Shown: positions 1 through 9,737 of the stretch, one piece after another
Numbering within the stretch: position 1 is the stretch's first letter
Layout: each line of letters opens with the position of its first letter
Notes under the pieces: model-generated
Told to the model about the DNA's origin: nothing
Database searches by the model: none
What the model saw: the letters and a program-made list of their open reading frames with translations, nothing else
Assembly (NCBI GenBank): GCA_030650605.1
Contig: JAUSDP010000020.1
Span: 83,282-147,281 of the forward strand
Source: a bacterium
GTDB lineage: Bacteria; Patescibacteriota; Minisyncoccia; Phycocordibacterales; Zambryskibacteraceae
DNA length: 64,000 nucleotides
Direction: 5' to 3'
Made by a program: the position numbers and the translations under genes

Positions 1-145
1 ACTTTATTGCCTTCCTTATTGCAGTCACAAACAAAATGAAACCAATCACACCAACAACTGTGCGAATCAATAATTCCAACAATACGAAGAGGCTCGATAC
101 ATTTACAAGCATCTGACCGAGGTCTGTTGATGTGAGATTATTCAT
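1..145 (-). CDS. small membrane protein; start at 145 with the C-terminus outside the window; possibly the next Dot/Icm-like component downstream of the traP-like gene
   Basis: ATG at 145 on the minus strand; translation MNNLTSTDLGQMLVNVSSLFVLLELLIRTVVGVIGFILFVTAIRKAIK is strongly hydrophobic; it continues the minus-strand tra operon. Confidence 0.3.
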   Translation of the reverse strand, partial: MNNLTSTDLGQMLVNVSSLFVLLELLIRTVVGVIGFILFVTAIRKAIK

Positions 146-207
146 TGTCTATTATTTGTATCTGCATATTTATACGAACTTATACTTCAAAAAAAAATGC
201 CGTATGT

Positions 208-1128
208 TTAGCGAATACGTCCTCTATTGGTAACGACTTCACCAACATCGGGATTTATACTTAGCACCTTGGATCCATTTATTGCGGAACCAACCGTGAT
301 GTATTCACTGATACTTCCATGGGTCACTCTAGCCTGGCCTGGCGTAATCGCATCGATACGATAATCGGTGAAATTAGCTAAATCTTGTACCTCCTTTACG
401 TTGGATACGACGACTCTTCTAGCCTTGATGTTTGTCAGACGCTTACTTCCTTGGTGTGATTTTGAAGCGACTGTTAACGCATTTTTTTCAATCGTTGCTG
501 CCCTATCCAATGCTGCCTGTTTCGCACTACGCTCTTCTTTCAACTGACTTGACAACAGACTCACTTGTTTTTCAAGCTCCTCTATTCGAGCCGTACTATT
601 AATATTCTTCCCCGTTTCCGCTGATGTTTTTGTCACATTTCCACTGGGCATAACGTCGTTTGGCACGTTTGAACTAGACGCAGCGGAAGTGGCCACAGCG
701 ATAGGAAGAATAACCGCACGATCTGCAGCTAAGGAAGCTGCAGCGGCATCAATGACTACCGTGCTAGATGCCTGCGACGCTGCCGCAACAGAATGGGCTT
801 GAGGTCGTATTGGATCTGCCATGACGATCGGAGACTGATCGGTCTGACCAGAACTTCGAAGCGCCATCATCTGTTGAACGTACAGTGCACCAACAATCCC
901 CAAAAACAAGACGAGACTGCCTACCCAAAAATACCATCGTTTAAAAATCGATTTTTTCGGTTCGTCGAACGATTCATTTTGCCCCGGTTCATTACCCTCG
1001 TCATTGTGGTCGTCTCGGCGACTTGATTCAACATGATCAACGTCTTGAACGCGCCTCACGTCGTCATGTTCACTTGGAAAGTAACTATCCAATGAATCAA
1101 CTCCTTCTACATTATTTTCACTCATCAC
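208..1128 (-). CDS. DotF/IcmG/TraP-like inner-membrane T4BSS component
   Basis: Acidic N-terminus, a single TM helix (FWVGSLVLFLGIVGALYV), a coiled-coil and a C-terminal beta-rich domain; it lies downstream of the VirB10-like and DotH-like genes in the R64/Dot order. Confidence 0.4.
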   Translation of the reverse strand: MMSENNVEGVDSLDSYFPSEHDDVRRVQDVDHVESSRRDDHNDEGNEPGQNESFDEPKKSIFKRWYFWVGSLVLFLGIVGALYVQQMMALRSSGQTDQSPIVMADPIRPQAHSVAAASQASSTVVIDAAAASLAADRAVILPIAVATSAASSSNVPNDVMPSGNVTKTSAETGKNINSTARIEELEKQVSLLSSQLKEERSAKQAALDRAATIEKNALTVASKSHQGSKRLTNIKARRVVVSNVKEVQDLANFTDYRIDAITPGQARVTHGSISEYITVGSAINGSKVLSINPDVGEVVTNRGRIR

Positions 1129-1162
1129 TGTTCCTTACAAATATTGTTGAAATTGGCTTCTT

Positions 1163-2371
1163 TTATTGGATAAATAGTACCGCTACGGTCGTATTAGCGG
1201 GATTAGAAACATGGGGGATAACTAAATCTTCATTCGCTATCGTCTTCCCTGTTTTCAAAGCTGCTTTAATTCCCGATGCAATTGCCTGATTATTCGTTGG
1301 AGCTGGAATCGTCGTGGCAACACCTCCAAAAGATGAGATGGCCGATTGTCCAGTTTGTGACCGAGCATCCGCATAAGCATAGGCAGCATCAAAAACCAGT
1401 GGCAACGCGTGGCGGTTTATGAGCTCACGGTCATACTCGCCTGTAACCGCCTCACTCAACATTGTCGAATCAAGAGCAATAGCTTTCACCGAGTAGTGCT
1501 GATTATTAAAATACATGTCAGTAAATTCTATCTTCATGAAACTGCTTACACGGACAGCTTCACCTTTCAATTTCGCCCCTGCATATGGACCTGAAGCTAT
1601 GGTCACAATCGCTAACGGTGCTATGTCCGTCCGAATAGGTTTATCCAACGTTGCGGGAAAAGCGTGGAGCAAATTCTTTTCATAGTTAAGCGGCTTATTA
1701 TTCTGAGTTTTTGCTACCGCATTGGAATCGGCCACGACTTGGCCGCCGTCACTACCCCGCGACAAATTAGGATCATTTGGTCCCGTTTTGTCTTGAATAT
1801 AGACTGTAGAAACCTGCCCTGCTCTCGGAGGTGACCAGTCTTTCATGAGCTGTTTAAGTTGTTCCGCATAAACACCAAGTTCCGGCGTCTTTACTTGCTC
1901 ATCGCGTACTCGCGTATTTTGTGATTGAGCTGTCGCCTGCATGTCAGCTCCGGGTGTGCCGGCCACTTGTATCGTATTTGTTCCAGCACCATCCTTGTTC
2001 ATCGCCACATCAACAGGCTTATCAATGATCACCGGCAAATATGTTTTTCCCGTTGCCTGCGCCTTGGCTTGATCTTCTTCATTTTTGTCGGTGGCCAACT
2101 TAACGTACTGGCGATTAGGTCCGCCTTTTTCGGTCATTCCACCTTCCATAGTAATATTTGATTTTTCGGCACTAACTTTCTGATCACCGAATACGTAGAT
2201 TAACGAGCCAGTTGTCGCAAGAATTGCGATTAACATTACGCTGCCAATTACCCAAAGATTTTTTTTCATTCCAGGATGAATTTTCTTCTTTTCCTTTGTC
2301 TCAATTGGCAATTCATTGACAATTTCGTCCTGCATAGCATTGTTTGCCGGCTTATCCATAAGACTCCTCAA
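1163..2371 (-). CDS. DotG/IcmE/TraO-like (VirB10/TrbI family) T4SS core protein
   Basis: N-terminal cytoplasmic segment plus TM helix (LWVIGSVMLIAILATTGSLIYVF), a Pro/Gln-rich linker, and a C-terminal domain with TrbI/VirB10-like character (SVKAIALDSTMLSEAVTGEYDRELINRHALPLVFDAAYAYADARSQ). Confidence 0.5.
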   Translation of the reverse strand: MRSLMDKPANNAMQDEIVNELPIETKEKKKIHPGMKKNLWVIGSVMLIAILATTGSLIYVFGDQKVSAEKSNITMEGGMTEKGGPNRQYVKLATDKNEEDQAKAQATGKTYLPVIIDKPVDVAMNKDGAGTNTIQVAGTPGADMQATAQSQNTRVRDEQVKTPELGVYAEQLKQLMKDWSPPRAGQVSTVYIQDKTGPNDPNLSRGSDGGQVVADSNAVAKTQNNKPLNYEKNLLHAFPATLDKPIRTDIAPLAIVTIASGPYAGAKLKGEAVRVSSFMKIEFTDMYFNNQHYSVKAIALDSTMLSEAVTGEYDRELINRHALPLVFDAAYAYADARSQTGQSAISSFGGVATTIPAPTNNQAIASGIKAALKTGKTIANEDLVIPHVSNPANTTVAVLFIQ

Positions 2372-3357
2372 AATTCGATTGAAACGGTACGTGGAATACC
2401 ATTCACAGATACCGCGACAAGTGGAGTCAACGGCATGCTGTAGACAAATGTCCCATCCTGCGAAGGAACCCGCTCATCGAAAGTATTCATAATGGTCGCA
2501 GCAGTGCGAATAATTAACTTGTCGTCTAACTGCCATGCGCGAACAAGAGGATCTGACGTAACCAACGAAACCGATCCGGCCGGTATGATGCCATCTAACA
2601 AATCGAATAGTCGTCGATCAACATTTGCCGCTCGTGCCTCAGTCCTGGCTGGAATCGGATTTATCACACCAGGTTTTTGTCTTGGGACCCTGAGATCTTT
2701 TCTTGTATCGGTTACTTTTTGACCGCCGTAAATCATCAATACTATTGGCGTATCGAAACCGTCCAAAAATACGGTAACCGAGCCCTGCCCGTATGACCCT
2801 AAGTTAGAAATTGTTAAAGTATTCGAACTCGGAAATGGCTTGTCAGATTTAAAGTCGTCTTTATTGAATTCGGTTACAGCCTTAATAGGCCAAGGGTTCC
2901 CGGATGCGTCAATAAAATTGATTGTTGCGCCGAAAAAAGGAGATACGCAGATACCTGGTGGGGCTGCACCTGGCGACAAATCCAACGTGTCACTAGATAT
3001 TTTTGGAACAGTAATTATCTTTGCTCTTGCAGCTCTACGTTGTTGATCAACAGTCTCTTGCCAACCTCTGATTTGTTCAGGCGAAACTGGAAATATCTGA
3101 GCCTTTGCGCTTTCATACTGAAATTCTTTCGTCGGCATGACGGGAACCAACGGCACTGCGCCAGAAGACGAATTTGATATTCCGGCAGATTGGCCCTGAT
3201 TTGCGCTTGGGATAATCGGCTGAGATGGATCTGACGCCGAATTAGCCTTTTTTGCTGGAGTTATCGGCTGACTTTGCGCCCAAGACTGTTGTGACAATGA
3301 TGACGCGAAACTCAACGCTAAAATTGCGAACAACCACCCTTTTTTTTGAATTTTCAT
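2368..3357 (-). CDS. DotH/IcmK/TraN-like periplasmic/outer-membrane T4BSS core component (signal peptide)
   Basis: Signal peptide MKIQKKGWLFAILALSFASSLSQQSWAQS; 4-bp overlap with the downstream VirB10-like gene; position between the DotI-like and DotG-like genes. Confidence 0.4.
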   Translation of the reverse strand: MKIQKKGWLFAILALSFASSLSQQSWAQSQPITPAKKANSASDPSQPIIPSANQGQSAGISNSSSGAVPLVPVMPTKEFQYESAKAQIFPVSPEQIRGWQETVDQQRRAARAKIITVPKISSDTLDLSPGAAPPGICVSPFFGATINFIDASGNPWPIKAVTEFNKDDFKSDKPFPSSNTLTISNLGSYGQGSVTVFLDGFDTPIVLMIYGGQKVTDTRKDLRVPRQKPGVINPIPARTEARAANVDRRLFDLLDGIIPAGSVSLVTSDPLVRAWQLDDKLIIRTAATIMNTFDERVPSQDGTFVYSMPLTPLVAVSVNGIPRTVSIEF

Positions 3358-3368
3358 ATCGAATTCAA

Positions 3369-3620
3369 TCATTTAAAAGGAATACCGGTCAGCAGGGCGA
3401 GACGATGCCGAAACTCGCAAATGCCATAGATGTAGCCTCGGGCGGCTTCGTTAGGAGCTTCGTGAAAAGCTTGCTCGATTACCTCTTTCCTACTCAGATA
3501 TAAATCCGAGTTTTCCAAATACTGATCAAACCAGTCAGATCCTTTAAGTCCCTCAATTGGGTCAGGCAGACCAACAACGGGATTTAGAATTGAAAATTTA
3601 TTTGTAGAATCTTCGCGCAT
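3369..3620 (-). CDS. hypothetical 83-aa protein within the tra operon
   Basis: ORF tightly packed between the traM-like and traN-like genes; no recognisable motif. Confidence 0.3.
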   Translation of the reverse strand: MREDSTNKFSILNPVVGLPDPIEGLKGSDWFDQYLENSDLYLSRKEVIEQAFHEAPNEAARGYIYGICEFRHRLALLTGIPFK

Positions 3621-3632
3621 GAAACATCCCTT

Positions 3633-4283
3633 TTAATTTTTTGTGACAAGCAAGAATGAGGCAACTGCAATGCCTCTTGGATTATCAACATTAACGACGC
3701 GTGCAATATTTAACACCGCGATCAAGTTACTCGTTATGTCCCCATCTTTTCCACTTAAGACCAAATAGACGGGCGCTTCGATCCGTTGATGCAAAACACC
3801 GTTGATTATTCTTTGATCAGTTAAGACCCATCCACCATGTCTCGAAATGCTACTGACACGACTTTCCTTGATGATTTTTTGAAGATATCCCTGCCTATCG
3901 AGGACTTGTTTGTATTCTTGATATCCTTCAGGCGTATAGAATGGTTCCGCATTGGCTATTTGCGTAAAGTTGTTTTTAAAATCGAGCACAAATGACGCTT
4001 GTAATGCCTCATCTCCAAACGCAAATAGCGCCACATTTGTTGCCATGGGCTCCGATAAAGGAACTAGCCGCATGATTCGACCGTCGATTGACCTAGCGAA
4101 GTATTCAATTGGACGACGGGTAAATCTGTCAACACAGATAAATAAAAACAGAACAATAACAACTACCATCAAAATAATATTAATGGTTACCATGCTCCGA
4201 AACATGGAACGAATATCGTCCTGATGCTCAGCATTTTTCTTCATTCTTTCGACATCCGCATCTAGTGCTCTCTTGCTTTGCAT
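3633..4283 (-). CDS. DotI/IcmL/TraM-like inner-membrane T4BSS component
   Basis: Single N-terminal TM segment (ILMVVVIVLFLFICV) followed by a periplasmic domain; first structural gene of the traM-N-O-P-like block. Confidence 0.4.
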   Translation of the reverse strand: MQSKRALDADVERMKKNAEHQDDIRSMFRSMVTINIILMVVVIVLFLFICVDRFTRRPIEYFARSIDGRIMRLVPLSEPMATNVALFAFGDEALQASFVLDFKNNFTQIANAEPFYTPEGYQEYKQVLDRQGYLQKIIKESRVSSISRHGGWVLTDQRIINGVLHQRIEAPVYLVLSGKDGDITSNLIAVLNIARVVNVDNPRGIAVASFLLVTKN

Positions 4284-4310
4284 GGTTAAACTTTTCTAAT
4301 TTTTTGGTTA

Positions 4311-4556
4311 TTAAGCAGAAATCTTGTCTATTTTCTTAAGCGCCGGCATCTCGGCAGTAGTAATCCCTATGCTTGAGCAATAGGCGGTAAGTCGAGCAGG
4401 ATGCGGAAACGTTAAACTTCGCTCAATTCTTGAAATAGAAGATGGAGACGTTGGAACTCCCAATGTCTGCAGTTTTTTTGCGAGTTCGACAAGTGTTAAT
4501 CCCAAGCTAATTCTTTTCTTATACAAGAAATCATCGCTTTCAATTTGCTTGGTCAT
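4311..4556 (-). CDS. XRE-family helix-turn-helix transcriptional regulator
   Basis: HTH segment LGLTLVELAKKLQTLGVPTSPSSISRIERSLTFPH; 81 aa; heads the minus-strand tra operon and is divergent from the iteron/rep region. Confidence 0.55.
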   Translation of the reverse strand: MTKQIESDDFLYKKRISLGLTLVELAKKLQTLGVPTSPSSISRIERSLTFPHPARLTAYCSSIGITTAEMPALKKIDKISA

Positions 4557-4754
4557 CGATAGTTCCTAGTGGTGTTGGTTATTTGCATTTATTTGCATAG
4601 TACAGATAAAAATTGAATTTTGCAATCCGTAGAATAGATAATGTACGAAACCAGTTTCAATTTTGGTTTTTAAGCATATCGTCTAGTTTTGTTAAATTTG
4701 CGCTGCTAATTTTTGTTGGTAGAATAGGTATCAAACACGGCGAGAAATTTCGGA

Positions 4755-4930
4755 GTGTGAGCTTCGGCAGATGATCGTGTGAGCTTCGGCAGATGATCGT
4801 GTGAGCTTCGGCAGATGATCGTGTGAGCTTCGGCAGATGATCGTGTGAGCTTCGGCAGATGTTTGTGTGAGCTTCGGCAGATGTTTGTGTGAGCTTCGGC
4901 AGATGATTGTGTGAGCTTCGGCAGATGATC
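4755..4930. repeat. iteron array: 8 direct repeats of the 22-bp unit GTGTGAGCTTCGGCAGATGATC (3 variants at the 3' end), followed by an AT-rich stretch with TAATCAT repeats; putative oriV
   Basis: Repeats counted directly at 4755, 4777, 4799, 4821, 4843, 4865, 4887 and 4909; located immediately upstream of the rep gene. Confidence 0.85.
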
Positions 4931-5066
4931 TAAAAAATAGACTGCCTTGAAACCCGCACCCACTGGTCGTTTGCGCACCGCAACATCAAATGCTAATCAT
5001 TCTCTAATCAAGTTTTTAATCATTGTTTAATCATTTTTTAGTCTTTGTTTACGACACATCAAAATT

Positions 5067-6443
5067 ATGGGCATTAATATGAACCACGAAAAAATCGTCC
5101 CTAACGCTACTACTGAAATTACGCCGCAAGAAGGAATGGACACGAATTTGATTGAATTAAGTGAAAATGACAAATCATTCGCTATTGGAAAAGTTCCGCA
5201 CGATAAAAGAGTGGCACCAAATATTTTTTTGAGGTCTGCACTTTTTTCATTGATCGCACTACCATCGGGCAAGAATGAATTGGTTGATTCAGATAAGGAT
5301 GTGTTTATTCCTTGTCAAGACGGATATGAAGTGTCAGTAAGGGGCCATAAATTGGACCAGGGAGACCAAGATGTTTATTTAGAATGTATGGCAGTTGCAC
5401 TTGCCAATATCAATTCCAAAGTCACTTTTTCTCATCGTGAAATTTTAGGTGCCCTGGACATATCTGTCTGTGGTACCGCAGTACAACGACTTCGTGATCG
5501 CCTAAATAAAATGGTTTCCACTTCTCTTTTTCTGAAAAGGCGCGAAAACAAGACAGGAAGATGGCGTACTTATTCTGGGAACCTATTGAATTGGTCTGAA
5601 GATTCTGGCGGAAATATGTCTGTCCAGATCAATATGGATTTTCTAGTATTTTTGCAATCCGATTTCACGGCAATCGACTGGCAAGAGAGGCTTGGAATTA
5701 ATTCAGCGCTTGCAAAATGGATGCATGGCTACTATTCATCACATAAACATCCATTTCCAATCAGCGTTAAAAAGGTGCATGAATTATCTGGAAGTACCAA
5801 CACCAAAATGTACAGTTTTCGAGGTGAAATAAATAAGTCAATCAAGGAACTGGCGGCTATCGGATTTATAGAACCAGAAACCTCTGGAATTAATAAATCT
5901 GACGCGCTAGTGATTGAGCGGCGAAAAGAGAAAAGACCACCGGGGGAACCTCCAATTTCTTTGAAAAAAATTCGGAAGTCAACAGTAAAAAAAGCAGAAG
6001 CTTCTGTGAATATTAGTGATGCCTCAGTTACAGGATTTGATTTACTGGGAGATCCTATTCTTGGTGAGTGCACTGAAAATAAGAAACGTTTGGCGACCGG
6101 AATTTACCCGCAACAATTCGAAGACGTATGGGCTATTTACCCAAAACGTGCTGGTGATAATCCAAAAGGTGCGGCCTACTCTCAATGGAATAAAAGAGTT
6201 CAGGCAGGTCTCAACGGAGATACGCCTGACACCATTCTTAATGGCGTACATCGATATATAAAATTTTGCCAATCCACTGACAAAGTCGGTACTGAATATG
6301 TCTTGCAAGGACAAACATTTTTCGGTGCAAATCGGAGGTTCGCTGATGAATGGAAATTGCCTGTAAAAAAAGAAAAATCAGGTGTTATTGACGCCCATGT
6401 AGGCAGACAAGAATTTAAATTATCAGAAAAAGGATTTCTTTAA
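5067..6443 (+). CDS. plasmid replication initiator (iteron-binding RepA-like protein)
   Basis: Position directly downstream of the iterons; the N-terminal region resembles RepA/RPA-type initiators (RVAPNIFLRSALFSLIALPSG); winged-helix-like segments. Confidence 0.55.
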   Translation: MGINMNHEKIVPNATTEITPQEGMDTNLIELSENDKSFAIGKVPHDKRVAPNIFLRSALFSLIALPSGKNELVDSDKDVFIPCQDGYEVSVRGHKLDQGDQDVYLECMAVALANINSKVTFSHREILGALDISVCGTAVQRLRDRLNKMVSTSLFLKRRENKTGRWRTYSGNLLNWSEDSGGNMSVQINMDFLVFLQSDFTAIDWQERLGINSALAKWMHGYYSSHKHPFPISVKKVHELSGSTNTKMYSFRGEINKSIKELAAIGFIEPETSGINKSDALVIERRKEKRPPGEPPISLKKIRKSTVKKAEASVNISDASVTGFDLLGDPILGECTENKKRLATGIYPQQFEDVWAIYPKRAGDNPKGAAYSQWNKRVQAGLNGDTPDTILNGVHRYIKFCQSTDKVGTEYVLQGQTFFGANRRFADEWKLPVKKEKSGVIDAHVGRQEFKLSEKGFL

Positions 6444-6515
6444 TCTGATTGAATATTTGCCGTTGCTTGCTTCGCTCATATTTTTGCGTAGAATAGTGTA
6501 CATACGTATTTTAGA

Positions 6516-7418
6516 TTGAAATTTAGTTCATTTTTTGTGGAAAAAAAACAGATGCTGAAATTACTAAATATTGATTTTAACAAACAGTCAATGCCGACTC
6601 GATTAGTGATGGAACCGGTTCAATCGATTGACTCGATATGTGGCGTTCACGGAGCATATATAGGCGAGGTTTTTAGGTTTACGAACCAGGATCGCGTATC
6701 TGGGTGCCCAAAATGTCTTGAAGAAGGATATCAAAAGCAAGCTGTCTCTGATTTGGCGAAAACGAGAAAGCTGCTGCAAGAAAGTAATGCGCGAAGATTA
6801 TTTAGGCAGTCAATGCTTCCAGAAAAATACCTAACCGCCACCTTCAATTCTTACAAGCCAATATGCGATGAATCACGTTACGTTTTGAAAGTTATTCAGA
6901 ACTATTCCCGAAATTTTGAACAGCTACAAAAAAAGGGAACTTCACTAATTTTTCACGGCAATCCAGGTACCGGAAAAACATTTCTTTCATGCGCTACTGC
7001 TAAACATATTCAAGAACACTTCACATCAAAAAAAGTCTTGTATTGCACTTACGGTCAAATGATTGACTCTATTCGCCAGGCATACAGCGATTCAACCATA
7101 AGTAAAACAGATCGAATTCAATCATTTATTGAGCCTGATTTACTAATCATAGACGAAATAGGCATTGCGAACGAAACGACAGACGAATACGTTTTATTCA
7201 ATCGGGTCATGGATGGAAGATATCTGGCGACAGCCAAGCCCGTGATTCTTATTTCCAATTATTCAATTGAACAGGTTAATTCAAAATTAGGTGCCGCCGT
7301 CATGGATAGACTGAGGGAATCATGTTCTTTTCCGTTGGGATTTTCCTGGGAAGAGTCCTATCGAAAAAATATAGCTGATGAAAATAGGAACGAAGTTTGC
7401 GACCTGCTTGGTATCTAA
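6516..7418 (+). CDS. DnaC/IstB-like AAA+ ATPase (helicase loader) with an N-terminal Cys4 zinc finger
   Basis: Walker A GNPGTGKTFL and Walker B LLIIDEIG; CxxC...CPKC motif; follows the rep gene. Confidence 0.6.
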   Translation: MKFSSFFVEKKQMLKLLNIDFNKQSMPTRLVMEPVQSIDSICGVHGAYIGEVFRFTNQDRVSGCPKCLEEGYQKQAVSDLAKTRKLLQESNARRLFRQSMLPEKYLTATFNSYKPICDESRYVLKVIQNYSRNFEQLQKKGTSLIFHGNPGTGKTFLSCATAKHIQEHFTSKKVLYCTYGQMIDSIRQAYSDSTISKTDRIQSFIEPDLLIIDEIGIANETTDEYVLFNRVMDGRYLATAKPVILISNYSIEQVNSKLGAAVMDRLRESCSFPLGFSWEESYRKNIADENRNEVCDLLGI

Positions 7419-7582
7419 ATCAGAGGTTATTGATGTGACGAGACTAGCCACAAAATCATTAGTTTTACCGCCTAATCGTCTCACCAACGGGACGTGCAAT
7501 ACATTTTGTCTCTGGTGGGCACTATTCCCTTAAACAGCTCTGGTGCCCTTCTACCAGGTCTAGGTGCCCGTAAGCCATTTAG

Positions 7583-8725
7583 ATGTATTTTACAAAAAAA
7601 TCCAAAACAAATATGACAATCAAACACGTGATTTCGGTTTCGAGCGGAAAAGATAGCGACAGCACCCTACTCATTGCACTCGATCGGTTTGGAAAAAATA
7701 ATGTTGTTCCAATTTTCTGCGATACAGGAAATGAACATGAAGAGGTCTATCAACATTTGAATTATTTGGAATTGGCTCTAGACATTAAGATTGTCCGGCT
7801 CAAAGCCAATTTCGACAACGAAATTGCGAACAAGAGGATGTTCATCGCACGCGACAAAAGGTTGAAGCGAGACTACAAGAAGGTCCCGAAAACAGACAGA
7901 AATGGTAATCCAGTGTATTGCAAGAATGAGGACGGAAGCGTTCGTCTATCGCCAGTCTATGATGAAAACTTCGAAGATAAGACGGTCATTCTCAAATACG
8001 TTCCGGAGCAAAAAATAGGCTATGACAGCGGTCGAAAAAGGCGCTGGAGCAATAAATCGAAGCGCCGAGCCCTTGAAGTATTAATTCCTACTGGAAATCC
8101 GTACCTGGATCTTTGTCTATGGAAAGGCCGATTTCCTAGTCGAAAGGCGCAATTTTGTACAGAAGAGCTGAAACGTAATCCTGTCGTCGAATTTCAACTG
8201 GAATTAGTTGAGCAAGGCTATACCGTCGTGAGTTGGCAAGGTGTCCGTCGGGATGAATCCGAGAGGCGTAAAAGTGCCTTGAAATTTGAGCGCATTGGTC
8301 CAGGCATGTATGTTTATCGCCCAATCGTCGAATGGACGGCCGCCATGACTTTCGATTTTATTTATGCTCATGGACTATTACCGAACTCATTGTACAAACA
8401 GGGAATGGGCAGAGTCGGTTGCATGCCATGCATTAACGCAAGAAAAGACGAATTGCATCAGATCTCCCGCCGATTCCCAGAACACATAGAAAGAATTTCA
8501 GAATGGGAATCCCTGGTTTCTTCCGCATCGAAGCACCAGGTAGCGACTTTCATTCCGGCTCCAGAAATTAAAAATATAACGAACAAACAGGAAGGTGCAA
8601 AAGCCCATGGTATTTGGTCCGTTATCGACTGGGCCAAAACTACTCGCGGCGGAAAACAATATGACCTGTTGGCCAATCTTGAAGATGCTCACGTATGCTC
8701 ATCGGCATACGGATTGTGCGAATAA
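7583..8725 (+). CDS. PAPS-reductase/DndC-like PP-loop ATP pyrophosphatase family protein (the start may be the internal ATG at 7613)
   Basis: PP-loop motif SVSSGKDSDST near the N-terminus; 380 aa. Confidence 0.55.
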   Translation: MYFTKKSKTNMTIKHVISVSSGKDSDSTLLIALDRFGKNNVVPIFCDTGNEHEEVYQHLNYLELALDIKIVRLKANFDNEIANKRMFIARDKRLKRDYKKVPKTDRNGNPVYCKNEDGSVRLSPVYDENFEDKTVILKYVPEQKIGYDSGRKRRWSNKSKRRALEVLIPTGNPYLDLCLWKGRFPSRKAQFCTEELKRNPVVEFQLELVEQGYTVVSWQGVRRDESERRKSALKFERIGPGMYVYRPIVEWTAAMTFDFIYAHGLLPNSLYKQGMGRVGCMPCINARKDELHQISRRFPEHIERISEWESLVSSASKHQVATFIPAPEIKNITNKQEGAKAHGIWSVIDWAKTTRGGKQYDLLANLEDAHVCSSAYGLCE

Positions 8726-8987
8726 TGAAAAGTTACCTACGCTGAGTAACTTTATGTCCATTTCGCTAAGGATATGAATGGTGATGATTATGCGCCGTTT
8801 GTTTCTCTTTAGCGTTCGTTTAGGCGCTATTTAGTTTTTATTTAAAATTAATGCTTGAGACTAGCGTTTATTTATAAGCTAATTACAGACTATTTACATG
8901 CTGTCTAGTGCTGTATGCCGCTGTATATGCACTAATACCAAAAAAATGATCATCCGTAAAAAGTGAATAAAACCGTTCGTTTTCTAC

Positions 8988-9701
8988 TTAGGATAATTTC
9001 AGAGTATCACTTTCATTGTGTTTAAATTCAGCTAAAGCGTCTGCCACATTAAAATCGACGAGCATAATACGTTCGGTCGCACTCAAGCCTTGCCAATCCC
9101 GATGGGCAATTAGCGGCACATTCTGCATATGAGATAAATTAGCATTTGGATTGCGGATAAATAGATCATATACAACCGCCTCTCGTTGTTGGAACGATGA
9201 TTCATTCCACTCAACTGCATCGTTTGTATCGAGGTCAACCTTAAATCCCTTGGTATGCATGGCACGATTACCCCATTTGACAGTGTCAACCATTCCACAA
9301 CGCTCGACTGCAGCGTCGATTGCATCCGTAATTTCAGGCCCAGACAAACTCGAAATACTCAAAACTTTGACTGGCGCCTCTAACGTTAAGTTCGTGTCCA
9401 TAAAGTCGATCGTGTACGTTCCCGCTTCCAATTCAGATCGGACATTAATAGATCCTTGAAACTTGGACCCCATCACTGCGAAATGCAATCCAGAACGTAT
9501 AACGTTCATATTGGAGACATTCCAAGAGGCTACCGCGAACGTGCCAGGAGACTGTCGTCCGTGTTCTCCGCATACGCCTGTAATTATTTTGTGAAAAATT
9601 TCTTTTGCCACTCGTTCGCTTTCAAGCCGCTCTTCACGATTGAATTGATATGAGCGTTTTTTTGCAGAGGCAGCTACAAAACTAGCAGTTTCAGTTTTCA
9701 T
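8988..9701 (-). CDS. hypothetical protein
   Basis: 237-aa ORF with coding-like composition; no motif recognised. Confidence 0.35.
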   Translation of the reverse strand: MKTETASFVAASAKKRSYQFNREERLESERVAKEIFHKIITGVCGEHGRQSPGTFAVASWNVSNMNVIRSGLHFAVMGSKFQGSINVRSELEAGTYTIDFMDTNLTLEAPVKVLSISSLSGPEITDAIDAAVERCGMVDTVKWGNRAMHTKGFKVDLDTNDAVEWNESSFQQREAVVYDLFIRNPNANLSHMQNVPLIAHRDWQGLSATERIMLVDFNVADALAEFKHNESDTLKLS

Positions 9702-9737
9702 TATTAGTTCCTGTCACGTTTAATTAGTAAATTTGGA

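Noticed and set aside
4706-4978. 90-aa minus-strand ORF with a repetitive translation (SSAEAHT...)
   Set aside because: It is simply the translation of the 22-bp iteron array; this is an artefact of the direct repeats
5732-6073. Antisense ORFs inside rep (also 6042-6314)
   Set aside because: Embedded in the opposite strand of the rep gene; no support
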